Assembly (NCBI GenBank): GCA_964234715.1
Contig: OZ174275.1
Reading direction: 5' to 3' (one strand)
Origin: Podarcis melisellensis
Taxonomy: Eukaryota
DNA: 64,000 nucleotides
Below are positions 25,361 through 38,500 of this stretch, piece by piece. Position 1 is the stretch's first letter; each line of letters begins with the position of its first letter. The notes under the pieces are model-generated. The model was not told where the DNA came from and did not search any database. It worked only from the letters and a program-made list of their open reading frames with translations. The position numbers and the translations under genes are program-made.

Positions 25361-27621
25361 ACTAAGAAACCAGCATTGCTCTGCTGTGACGTTCTTCCGT
25401 TTTCTTCCATCTTGGTCTCGGGTTGCATAGCTGTGACATAAACATAAAACTTGGCTCCAGAACCTGCTAGGATTTCTGCGGCTCTCCTTATGAAAATTAG
25501 GAAACATGCTAATTAGTTTACTCACAAAAAACCCTGATAGTTTGAACCATAAAAACATTATACCAGCATTATTTCATACCTAATGATCCCTAGCATGGGA
25601 TTCGCCTTTTTCACAGCTGCCACATGAACTGTTGACATCATTTTCACCAAGATATCCACTATGACCACAAGGTCTTTCCTAGGCTGCATACAAACTGCAC
25701 CCTTAAAGCACGTTCAGAACATATTGTCCCCAGAATTCTGGGCACTGTAGTTTGTTCAATGTGACTGGGAACCGTAACCTTCTGAGAGGTGAACTACAGT
25801 ACCCAGAATACTTTTGAGGGGGAATGTACTTTGAATGTCCTTTAAAGGTATATAGCCCTGGTCAGTCACTGCCAGTTCAGACCCCATTACTATATATGTC
25901 AAATGAGGATTTATTCTACTTACATTGAATTGTGTTTGCTATTTTAAGTTCACCCAGTTTGGAGGAATTCTTTTGGAACTCCTTGCAATCCCTTGTTTTG
26001 TTTTGTTTTGACAACCCAGAACAATTTAGTATCATGAGCAAACTTTGCTCCCTCAATACACTAATGGGACTCCATATGTTGGTGATAGTCTGTGTCCATT
26101 TTGGTAAACGATAAGGTTTACAAGCTGCTTTAGGTTCTTCAACAGGCTACGTTGCTATTAATTACCAATTTGGTGGGAGCAATAGCAGAGAGGGCAGGAG
26201 GGGGGTGAGAGAGGGAGGGAGGATAATACAATCTTGGAGTCGTAGAGTAGTACCATCCTTTTTCTTACAACTGTACTCAGAAAGTGTTCAGTTTAAATCA
26301 TTAAGTGAAATCTACACGCTTCCTTTGCCCTCATTGCCCAGTGCCCCAGTGACAGTAAAGCAACAACTAGCTTAGTTCCTTGGCAGAGTCTAGCAATCCT
26401 CTACCCTCCACCTTTGCTTCCTCCCTTGCTGCCAATAGTACACAGCCCTTGCACCACCTAGACCATGTGCATCATTTTGCACCAATACTCTTCCCCATTG
26501 CTCTTCGTCAACACATCTCTGCCACTCCTTGTACCTACATGTCCTTTCTTAACTTTAATCAAACCGGCAGCTTCCATTTTGCCACAAAGAAACCACTGGA
26601 TTTGTTCTCTGAGCCACTGAAATTATATGTCTGCTCAGCCAACATAGCATCATAGTTTTGGACTGCCCAAGTGCAAATATATACATACACTGCGCTTTGT
26701 ATAAATCCGTTGGCCTTGCCTGACACAATGCATATCCCCATCTAGTGTGCATACATAGAACTGCAATTTGTCTCTATCTCTCTCCCTCCCCCGCACCCCC
26801 CTTGCTCAATCTTCTGCATGGTGCAATTTAGGAAGCCAGGCACGATGATTGTACACTGAAGAACCATGGCTGCCACGTGATAGCACAGTGACCTTAAACA
26901 GAGCAGGTGGCAATGGTACTGTTAAAATTGCTTTGGCTGGTTTCAGTTGCCAAGTCTCCCCTGCCAGTTCGGAAGGTGTGCAAGGGGCTCCCGAGAGCTG
27001 CTCTGCCTTAACCAGCTGCATTTTGGGGGAAGAGCTGTACCCAGTGGTAGTGCGGCACATGCTCTGCAACCAAAGATCCCGGGTTCAACCCCTGGTGTCT
27101 CCAGCTGGGGCTGGGAAACGGCTTCCCAATCTGAAACCCTTAAGGAGGTGCTGCCAGAGAGTGCAAGCCATACAACTGACCTAAACGTGCCAATAGCCCG
27201 ATGTGCTATAAAACAGCTTCATAACGGCCTGCAGTAATTTTGGGTCCAAATTGCAGCACTGTGTCATATAGGCTGTATTGGGGAATCAAGGGGGTGGGTA
27301 GGCTGAGTGTGCCGAGATTAAGGCTGCCCGCAGTGAACCTGGAAATCCTGCCTACTCCTTTCAAAAGCTCCAAAGCAACAAGAGATGCTGCTGCCTTTCA
27401 CACCGCTGACCCACCTGCCCACGCTCCTTTCCACCTGCTGGGTCTTGGGCAGGTAGGAAAGTGAAGTGGTTGTCCGCCCTTTCATTGGTTCTGTGTGTTT
27501 AAAGATCAAATGCAAAGCAAACAATTCCATTATGTTCACGAAGCAGCTTACATTAAGCATCAACAACAAAAAGCCCCAGGAATTAGCTGCAGTTCCTGCT
27601 ATGTCTTCTACACTTAACAAA

Positions 27622-27735
27622 TCTCTCAGTTGGTAGAGCATGAGACTCTTTATCTCAGGGGTGTGGGCAGAAGATTCCTGCATTGCAGGGGGTTGGACTA
27701 GATGACCCTTGTGGCCCCTTCCAATTCTATGGTTC
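27622..27735 (+). mobile_element. tRNA-derived SINE with CR1-like tail (internally deleted)
   Basis: ctcagttggtagagcatgagactct head joined to agattcctgcattgcaggggttggactagatgaccc tail. Confidence 0.6.
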
Positions 27736-28679
27736 TTGGAGGTTTAACTGTGGAAACTAGTGTGCACTATGCAACTTGCACTTTAATGTTTTAAAATATA
27801 TGACCATTTCCTTTATTTTTTTAAAAAAGCATTCCCCTTTCAAATGGCTAGTTGCTTGAAATGCTTTGGATCAAAACTGCTTCCAATGAGAAATGGTTAG
27901 CAATTTGAGCTTTTAGGGGGAAGAGCTGGGTGTCTATCTAGGTCGTCTGCTGGCAGCCTTCCGCAATATCCGAAGCATTTAGAATTTCAGCACTGCTGAG
28001 TTCTGAACAGATTTTACTTTTACCTTCGATAGCCTGGCCCGGCGGTATCAGCAGCTGGCGATGTTTGCAGGGCTGTGCTTGTGGGTAGCTGTGCTATGGA
28101 TTAGGAAGGCTGCTTTTTGGATCCCGATATGCAGCGGGGGTGGCAGTGGGCTCCATGCGGCCGTCGTGCCTGATATGGGGGGGGGGGCGCTGTGCTGCTT
28201 CTCGACTCCAGCCTCTGATGTTCGGCTTTTCGCTCGACCACCTGCTGAGTCATTGTAGTAATATGCGGGGGGGGGGGGGGGCTGGCAGCAGCGGCAAGGC
28301 GTTAGGTTTCCATTTTAAGCTCCGACTCTGGTGTTAGCTGAGATTTTAACTCTGCATGCATGAAAACAAACGCACAAACACGGTGCCCGCCGCCCTCCCT
28401 AATATTCAGGCCACAACGGGAAGAGAGCCTCCTCCGTTTCACACGGCTGCATCAACACTCACAGCAGCTGCAGCAACCTCTGCACATCCTCAGAAGCATA
28501 AGAGCCAACTCCTAGGGGCCGCTGTGGTCCCTTCGCCGCCCCCCTTTATAAAATATTTGAGCGCCCCCCTCCCCAAAAAAGAAGTAGATGGGCTTTGCCA
28601 TTCAAATACTGTGCGTGCCATGTGATCGATTATGTGGGTCGGGGCTTACCCCCCCATATTTCATTCAAGTTGGCACCTC

Positions 28680-29560
28680 TGCTCAGAGGCGCTTGCTACC
28701 CCGCTTCCCACCATACGCAAGCCTAGCAGCACTCAGAATAGGTGCCGGGGCTGAGCCTTGGCCCCTGTGATGGAAGGGTGCCCCTGCGGCTTGGGGAAGC
28801 GAGCCCTGAGCAGCCCGACGCTCCTCCCACCTCCGCTCCCGGCTGGGGAAATCCCTCCCGCGTCTTGGGGCTGGTTCCTTTAAGAGCCTCCTGCCAATGA
28901 CGTGCGCGATTCCTCCGCGCAGCATCCTTGAGCTTCCTGGTTAAGGCGGCCGGGTGCAGGAGAAGAAAGTTTACGGCCGGCAGGTCCCACCCTGGCGTGA
29001 CCCAGGGAGTGCGCGGAAGGCTGGGCACGCCCGCCCCCTGGAGGCTGTCTGCAGCGGCGGCAGCGGCGCCGAGTGGCACGATCTTTCCCCGTCGGCTCCC
29101 CGCGCGCTGCGAGCGGAGGAAGGGCGCAGCAAGCCGCGCATGGCGCTGGTGACCGTCTGTCGCTCCCCGTCGGGGAGCGGCCACTCGACACCCACCGGCA
29201 GCAAGGTGAGCTCGCACGCCGCTTCTAGCCCAGCCTCACGCCGGCCCAAGAGAACCCCACCCTGATCCCCCGACGGGACCCACACAGCAGCGGCTCTTCT
29301 TTTAGGCACGGCTGCGATCCATCATCCCCTTTCTGGGGCTGGCGGGAGGTGCTGTTTCGACGGCTGCGCCATCGTGTGCCCCGTTCTCGCCACCTCTCTC
29401 TCCCATTGCAAGCCGTATGCTGAGCTGTGCAAGCGACTGCACTTTGCACCATTTTGGCCCCGAAGGATCTGGCCGTTTGTTCTCGCACCTCCCTGCAGGG
29501 GCGCTGTCGGAAGAAGGACTGGCTTGCGCGGGATGGGGGGCGGTATTGCGCAGAGAAGGG
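28680..29560. promoter_or_regulatory. CpG island / promoter of SSH3 (CCAAT overlapping TGACGT near 28895, GC boxes)
   Basis: High CpG density spanning SSH3 exon 1. Confidence 0.8.
29140..29205 (+). CDS. SSH3: SSH3 exon 1
   Basis: [22 protein letters not shown]|gtgagc. Confidence 0.92.
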
Positions 29561-32500
29561 GGCCCAAGCGCCAAAGATGAGGCAACAGATTTCCCCGTGT
29601 CTCTAGTCTCTTCTTCCCAGTAGAGGGAGCTCCCTGGGGTGAAGCAGTAGCAGGAGTGGGATAGGGAAAGAAAACGACGGTCTTCCACTCTTATATGTAG
29701 GATTTCTTTACCTGCTGCATCAGGGACTCGTGTTTCCCACCTTTGCCACTCAAGGTGGGCCAGTATCAACCTGAAACACGAACTCCACTTAGCTGTTCTG
29801 TCATATTTGCATTCAGTGTAAGTCACAGAGTGTCAAAAGGATGGGTTTTTTTTGGGGGGGGGGTTTAAGCCATCATTTGTAGGGGAAGGCCTGTAGATCC
29901 TCATGATGGCTCTGTTCTGCCTCCATCTTCTGAATACCAGTTGCTGGAAACCTCAGCTGCTGTTGCTGTCGTGCCCCGTTTGCAGGCTTTCTGCAGGCAT
30001 CTGGTTTGGCCACTGAGAACAGGATGCTGAATTAAATGGGCCTTGGGCCTGATCCAGCAGGCTCTTCTTATGTTCCAGACTGCATCTGCTCCGCCTGCAG
30101 GTTCGATTCCCAGAGTTTCCAGGCAGGACTGGGAATGTCCCCTGCCTGACACCCTGAAGAGGCACTGCCAGACCACGTAGAGATAATATTGAACTAGGTG
30201 GGCCAATGGTCTAATTTGGTCTAAGGCAGCTTCCTATGTTAACACCTCTTATGGAGCAGTATTAAAATGTCCAAGCAGAAGCAACTACCTCTGTGCTGGT
30301 AGCTGTGGCTACAGAACTAAGGTTACCAGATTTTTTTCAATGAATCCAGGGACACGTTTCAACTTCAGTCAAATTCAGTGGATTTTGTCGAGGGACTGAT
30401 TTGTAAATCTGAAACGGGGACATCTGGTAACCTTATTGTAAACAGTTCTGGGTTGCCTGTTTGCAGGAGAGGCATACAAAGGCATGATCTTGAGTATGTG
30501 GCATCCCCAGAAAGGTATGGTGGAGGCATTTTACCAGCATCTTCCTTGGGCTGGGTGCTTGCACAACTCGTAGCCTTCCTGGGTGGGTGGGTGGGTGGAA
30601 TGTGGGGTTCATATAGAGTGGAATAATCTGGCTGCGTGAAGCCAGAATGTTGGAGCTTCACAGTCCCTCCTCATTGCAACTGCTGTAGAGAGCAGGGGCC
30701 ATCTGTGAAACACCCCTTCATCTCCTTTGGCCTGAGCCTCTCTGCCCCACACAGGATGCCTTATTGTGGGATTCCTTCCCTCCCTGATCAACTCTCTCTC
30801 TCAATTCTCCATGTAAGGAAGCCTCTCAAACGCATGCCACAGTGGTCAATTGCCTTTCCTTGCTTGGGTACCCACACATCTGCTTTCCCCAGTCCTTACT
30901 CCTTCCCCCTTTCTTCCTCTAATCAGCTCTTGACAGCTCAAGATCCTGTGCAGAAGAACTGGGCATTAATAAGTGACTTGTCAGGGACTTTCACAACTTG
31001 CCACTTCCTGCCGGTTCCTTGCAGATTGCAACGTCAGGGGCCCGTGGAAGGCAGCAAAAAATATCCCTTGCATAATAGCCTCAGAAAAGCAAGATTTCTC
31101 CACCCCGGAACACCAACCCTGGGATACCTCTGTGTCCCTTTGCACTGGGGTGCCTAGCGCCATAGTTCTCACACCCCAAGCTTGGCAGTTTGCTGGGCTG
31201 ATTGCGTTTCAAGCGTAATTAGATATTGTGCAAGGAGCTGGCAATTAGGAAGTGGCAGGGACAAGGTTTGTGTTTTTTTCCATGCTTAAAAATGTCACAG
31301 GAAATTGCCAACAGACTAGGAATCACATAGATAAGGTTATGCAAGAGCCTGAATTCAAGGCCGCTCCAGGAAAATATTTGCAACCATTCCAAGGAGACGG
31401 GAGACTAGCAGTGTCCTAAAATGGAACCACACTGTGTATTTCCAAGCTGGATTCCATCCCACCCACCCACCCACCAGCCCTCAGCTGTGAAACTGTGACA
31501 TTGTGCAGGTCTGCCCAGCTTGTGATCCACTAGGGCAAACACAGACCACCAATCACAGATTGTGAAACACACAAGGCTTGATAAATCTTCTAGTTTCTTG
31601 CTTATATGGGATATGGACCTACAAAAAACATGGTGGAGAGCACCTCTCAGCCCATAGATGTGGTCCGCAGGGAACACTCAGCTTAGTGGGACATAAGATG
31701 TCCAGGCTTGGTGCAGAATGCTAAGAATTAGTGTAGTAGTTAACAGCTTGAGCTGCAAAGTCCTTGGTTTGACCCTTGCCTTAGCAGGGAACTCGTTTTG
31801 TAGCTTTGGGCAAAACACTCTCTTTTGGCCTCAGCCCCACCATCTACAGTGCAGGGATAATAATACTGGCGACTAGATGATCCTCAGGGTCCCTTCCGAC
31901 TCTACAATTCTATGATTGTTATTAATTGGTCACCTTTGTCTTCAGCAAGTGTTCTAGCTTCTTATATAGGCCAAGAACCAGCAGGTTTACAAAAGCATCC
32001 CTTTTATGGCAGAATCCCATATTCACTGTAGAGCCAGCCTTGGTTTTCCACCTGAAGTGAAAATCAATATGGTGACCTTTTGTTCAGTTCTGAAGTGTTT
32101 TTTTTAATGACACGAAGACAAGAAATTGGAGGTAGGAAAATGGCAGCCTTCTGGAATCTGTTGCCCATAGGTCTCAGATCCAGCCCTGACTTGTAGGCCC
32201 ATAATGAAAGGCTAGCTACTTCAACATCTCTTTCAAATAAGGTTGAGAACCAAGCCAGCTTCTGTGAAGGGGGATGATTCTCATTCTGTGTCTAATTGTA
32301 GCATGCAACCTTAGTATTTGATTAGCTGCATGATGAGACATTTGGGGTTCTTTCATTTACTCCCCCCCCCCCACATAAAAAGAGAACATCTCTAGCCCAT
32401 TCGGTGCTGAGATAAATTGGGAACCTGCTTGTGAAATTGCAGAATTCAGAAGGCTGAGCAAGGCTTCCAAGACCTTAGGCTTCAGTGCTTAGACTCTGTC

Positions 32501-35500
32501 CTTCTCTCTTCTGAAATAATAAAAAAAAGATCCAAAACAAACACCAATGCACAAAGTCAGGCTGTCGGTTGGGGCCTGTAAAATACAGAGCCCTGTATGG
32601 AAGTCCTGTTGATGTTCGGGATCAGAGGTGGCATAACAGTTCTGTGCTTGTGGTACAGAAGGGACTGCTTGGAACAGGAACATTATGTCATGCTGGGGTT
32701 TTCCATGGCAGAGCCAACAGCGCAAATGCAATTGTGAGGTGGTTTGGTTCTTCTGGTATAAAGGAATCGCTCTGAAGTTGCTATGGAAGGCGCCAGCCAC
32801 CTGCCCCAGCCATGGGTGTAGCCCGCCAGAACTTGGGCCTTAGCCACACTTACCTTTTGCCCCACTCTTTGCAGGCACAAGTCTGTGCTTTAAAGCTCTG
32901 TGTCCAAGTGTGTTTCTCCCCCCCCCCCTTATTTGCCACAGAGCTTTCCCTCTGAAATCAGAGCAAATGTCAATTCTGGTTTTCTGCAGATTGACATGTG
33001 CTCTGACTGAATACTAAAGAGCAGGGAAAAGCTCTGGAGGGAAAGCTCTGGAGCAAAAAAAAAAAAAGTTGCTTGGACACATACCTTTGAAGCACTGACT
33101 GTCCCCGGAAAAGAGCAGAGGAAAGGCAAGTGTGGAGAAGCCCTTAAACCAGTGCTCGCCAGCAGTGCATTCTTTGTATGCCTTTTGTGTTGGCAAGCGT
33201 GAGCTTAAAACATTTCAGCTGTGCATGAGGTAGATGATTTTAATAATAAATGGTAGAATATTTTATGGTTTTATAGCCTGCATTTACAATGTTTGTGCAT
33301 TGCTGTATGTTATGGCTTTGTGGTCTAGGCAAATAAACTTATTCATCCCTTAAAAGAAAGGCAGCCTGTTATCAATCCCAAGTTCCACCAAGGTAAAAGC
33401 CTCAGTGATTTAATTGGGTCAAACTGTTTTATCCCCAGGCCCATGCAGAGGGCCTTGTCTGAGGCCTGGGGTGGGAGTCCCCAGTTGGCTAGGAGGCATG
33501 ACAGTGCAAGTCTGGCAGGGTTTCCCAGCCAGCTTAGCCCTCTGAGGAGTCAGTGCCATTTTTCTAGAAAAAGAGGTTCTGGAACTCTCCATGAACACCT
33601 CCCTCATTCTCTTAGAATGGCAATGGTGCCCACCTGAGAGGTGCCGGGACTGAGTTCCGGAGAGTTCCGGCTGGAAAAAAGCCCTCTGAGGGCCCCCTTC
33701 TTTGTGTGGACCTGCTTACCTCTGGAAGACCTTGGTGGCAGGGCCACCTCTACCGTTAAGCAAAATAAGATGGGCAGCATTTGCTGAGGAGTGCAGAGCA
33801 AACAGAGCTGAGTGTGCCATGTGATCTGCCTTGCAGCTCCCAAACTAGCCTTCTGCCCTCAGGTCCAAGGGAGGATGCTGTTCCATCTCCACTGTTCAGG
33901 TGATATTCAAGGGCCTGGTTGGCTTTTGCATATGGAATAAGGGGAGCGGCATCTTGCCCCTTTGGCTCAGGAAGCAAAATGCCTTGGGACAGCCCTTGGT
34001 GGAAATGACCGTGTCTAGGAGATTGGTGCCACATGTGCGGAAACTTAGAACATTGTTTAATCTGGAGCCAGAGATTTCTTCTTATTTGCTCTGGACCAGA
34101 AGTGACTGATCTACCTGGAATTCCCTTGCAGGATGAAGATGTTCCTCGGAAGAGACAGCTGCAGCGACGGTAAGGAGCTAGCCTTTGTCGCTTCACACAT
34201 ACATATAAACAAAAAGACCAGGGTCCACCCAAACCAGCGTCTGGGCTTTTTCACACAATTTATTAAAAAAATGTTTTGGATTTAGTGTGTTACTCCCAGT
34301 AGCAGGAACCCAGCACGAGGGTATCCCCCCGCCTTAAGGCATTAGGGTGGGGGGAAGTTGCACTTTGCAACTTATTTTTTAAAAGATGGTTCCAATGCTG
34401 GAGCTACATTGTGAAGAAATGCAGAAGGAAGAGACTATAAATATTCCAAAACAGTGCAGTGGGTAGTGGCGGTGCAGGAAGGTGGAGCATTGCTTCTTCT
34501 TCTAACTTAAAAAAAACAACTAGTGCTGCACCAAGAGCCCCTGTACTAGAAAAATATAGTGTCGGAGTTCAAACAGGAAAAAATAGTTGATTTATTTTTA
34601 CCCTGTTTTTCATGAAGTATCCAAAGTGGCGTACTACAAAAGATGTCATAACAAATTAAACTGTTAAAAAAGCTACAGGTTAAAAAGACAACAGTGACCC
34701 AGAATATATTTAAATTGTGATACCATAGTCTGGAATTAAAAAGCAGCAAACATTTAGGAGCATATTCTGGTGCCTTTTTAAGCTGAAGGGAGAGAGGGTG
34801 CCTGCACAGAGAAGACTCTTCTTGGTTACTGCCAAACACACATAAAAAGTGTGCCATAGCTGATTGTAATGAGCAAGAAGGAGAAAGGAATCCTTCAGGT
34901 AAACGGTTCCAAACTGTTAAGGCAGTATAGGTCAAAAGCAAAACCTTAAACCTGGGTCAGTGGCTAAAAGGCAGCTAACGCAGCTCCTTTAGGAGTGGTG
35001 TAATATGCATGTGGTAAGGCACCCCGGTGAGTTGTCTAATTGCTGCATTTTGTACCAGTTGCAGCTTGCAGGGCAAGCTAAGGGCAGCCCCACATAAAGC
35101 ACACTGCAGTAATCCAAACTCAAGATTATCAATGCCTGAGCCACAGCAACCAACTGATGTGGGTGTTTGGCAGTGAGGAGGAGGAGAGAGTTGTGTTCCT
35201 CATTAATATCCCATGACATTTGCAAAACCAAATTGTACACCGCAGTCCCAATTGCATTGGAGGGAAGAATTACATTTCCCCAAGAGAAGTGCAATCTTGA
35301 GACAAGTGTGTGTGCATCAAAAGCATAACAACTGCATGTTTGTTGCTCTGAAAAGAGGGGGAAAAACCTTGCAAAGAAGAGTGCGGAATAGGATAAATTA
35401 TCTTGCAATGGAAAATGTGCACCAAACGAATACATGGGAGGATACTGTGCATTAAATATAAATGTACAGTATACTGGAAAGATCTCTAATTCTGGTGAAC

Positions 35501-38500
35501 TGGAAGGATCTAATTCCATCGTCCTCTGTAACGGAACTTGCCATCTTTTCAAACACCTTTGAACTCTGCACTGAGGTGGGGCAGGGGGGTGAGGTGGACA
35601 TAGAAATAATGGCTGGGGGAACGGCTACTGCCCACTCCCCCTACTGCTCCTCTACTCTAAATTGCTTCCCCTAGATAATCTCTGCTTTTTAAAAAATGAT
35701 GGGAGCACCTTTAAACACGCTAGTGTGTAGCATGTAGGGAGTATTATAGCCTTTCTGTCTAATTAGTCATGGGTTGGCAGTCATTTTTAGAGCACACATC
35801 TGTGTTTAAAAAGTGTAAGAAAAGCTGAGATTTGGCAAATAGTTTTTTAAAAATATTTTGAAAGGGCTAAGGGCACTCTTGGGGGGGGAATGCCTTATAC
35901 TTTGTGTGTGTTTTTTTTAAGTAGGTAATAAATCAATGTTGACATTTTTTTAAAAAAAGAGTATGCAATTTCTAAAATGCTTGCTTGTATTCCAGGTGAG
36001 TATAGCTAATATTGGTTATATATTCATTAGAGTCAATGTTTTTCAACATTTTATTTTAAAATCTGATGTGATTTTCCAATGTTCTGCCACCTCTGTATAC
36101 ATTTAATAGGCCTTAAGGCTTCTAGCTAGCACAACCTACTTAGTTTCCCTTGATGGCTAGGCCTGCCTCTCTTGGACTACTTCAGATTTTGTGACTGTTC
36201 TGTAATTGCAAATTGCTCCAAAGCATTCATGGGGAAGGGCCGTAGTTCAGTGGAAGAGCACCTCTTTTATACAGAAAGTCTCAGGTTCAGTCCCAGGCGT
36301 CTCCAGGTAGGACCGGGAGAGATTCCCAGCTTAAAACTCTAGAGACCTGCTGCTGAACAGTGTAGAAAAGGCTCAATTCAATGGATCATTGTCAGGGTAA
36401 GGCAGCTTCTTACATTCCCCCTTGGAATGAGGAAGGATTTAATGGGGCAAGCTCTCCTCTGGAGCAAGAGAGTTTTTCTACCTATCTCCGTTTCTTTCCC
36501 TTTTCAGCCACAACTTCGTCATGGTCAAAGGAGCTGCTTTGCTCCTGCAGGAAGAAGAAAAGCTGGAGTCTGTGCAGGAAGGCCCAGCCACCCCCCTGGA
36601 CCACAAGCCTAAGAGTGAGAATGCCGCGGCAGAACAACAGGAGCAGCACTTACAGCAAATGGTGGGGTTGATGCGGCCAGAAGACAGCATCCGGCTGGTG
36701 AGACTGTGAGGGCAGGGAGATACGGCAGAGTGTGGATGAGAGGAGACAGGAAAGCAATTGGCCTGACCACAAAATGTGCCTCTTCGGATAAAGAGTCTGG
36801 AGCAGGCAGTTATGGAGTTCAGTGTTTTTGACTGCCTTGTAAAAGAGTTTGCTTGGGGTAGGGCCTTTGCCCTTTTCCCTCCTCCTGTTCTGGAATCAGC
36901 ACGGTCTCCATTTCCACCCACTCAACCCTGCCAAGGCCCAACACTCAGGGCAAATTCCCTTCCCTGCCTGGCTCAGCATTGCTTACTATTGGAACAAAAA
37001 ATATTCCAGCTTTCTGCTGCCAAGCCAGGCCAGTTTAAGGTTCATTCTGTTCATCAAATGATCTTATCTACCAGAGTTGACCTTCTGTAGTAACACCCAC
37101 AGATTACAATTAAAGCACATGGCTTCACCCACTCCAAAGAGCCCTGTAGGTTGGTGCTGTTTACTATAAGTCTGTGATTGGTAAACTATTTGTTTATTAC
37201 TTATTAAATTTCTATACCACCCCCCATCCGAGGATCACAGAGTGATTTACAATATAAAAACACAAAAATACATAGCACTGTAACAAACAAAAACAATAAC
37301 ATCCCCATCACCACAGAGCATTTGTTTTATTTATTGCAGCTTCCATGGGAAGTTGTGACTATTAAAGCTGTGCTTTAAATGTATGTTAGTGGGATTCCTT
37401 TCCTTAATGGCATAAGTGCTTTCCTGCCCTCCTGTCCAGAACCACCAGCTGTACCCAGTGTGCCTTGCTGCTGTCCTACAGGCCTGGTTAGGCAAGCCGT
37501 GCCACAAGAGACAACTGTTCTGAAATGAAAGAGGGCTATTTTCTGCAGACAATATTTCAGAAAAGGGAGGTGTGTGCCCTCAGGCTCCGGCCTAGTTCTA
37601 AGAGGCAGTAAACCTGTGTCTAGACAGTATCACTTCAGGCTGTGGGTGGGATTCACATGACTGAATCCTTCCATCGTGGGATCGCACCTGAAGCCTGAAA
37701 GGGCACAAGTTTACTGCCTCAGTGAGAACGCCTCAGTGACCCAGATTTCTCCCAGGCTAGTTCAGCTGGTTTGTGGAGTGGACACCCGACTATTAACTCC
37801 TTCCTCTTGGCCTTGATCTTCACCTTTCTCCTCCTCTTAGTGCGATTCTAGAAACTGTGTTGCCTCTTGCCTGGGAGTCCTGTGATAAACTGATTCCGCT
37901 TTGCCTTCCTGCTGCAAAACTCTGTGCTGGAGAGGCCTGGTTTCTGAGAGCCTCATTGTCCATGCTTGTGGAGGCTCAGAGCACGGCGGCAAGGGATTCC
38001 TCTCCTTGAGGAATGTGGTTTTCAGGCAGACATTCAGCCGGGAGCTGCAGCCACTTCCCCATTTATGGCCTGCGGGGCTTTTGCTCTCTTGGGCAGACAG
38101 CCAGAGCTGGCGTCTCTGCCGAGTCTGATCCCGGCTTTGGCTTTGGGGACTCTGCTGGGAGATTTCCAAAGTAGCATGTGCTGGGTATTCTTTCTTTTCT
38201 AGAGAGTGAGTCACAACAGCCTCCAAGTACCTGGGGCAGTTCCTGAAGGCAGCGGTTCTCATGCTGCTTTCTGGTACCTGCTGATGTTCTTGGGAGCTGA
38301 GCAGACGTGGCTCATTCGGAAGTTCAGTAGTAGCAGACAAGCTACTGTATTTTTCGCCCCATAGGATACACCGGCCCATAGGACGCACCAAGTTTTTTGG
38401 GGGGGAAATAAAGAAAAAAAAATTATTTCTCCAATGGGGCCAGCAGCGGGGAGAAGTGCTCTTCAGACCAGATCCGGTGACAGCGGGGAAGAGGCGCTGC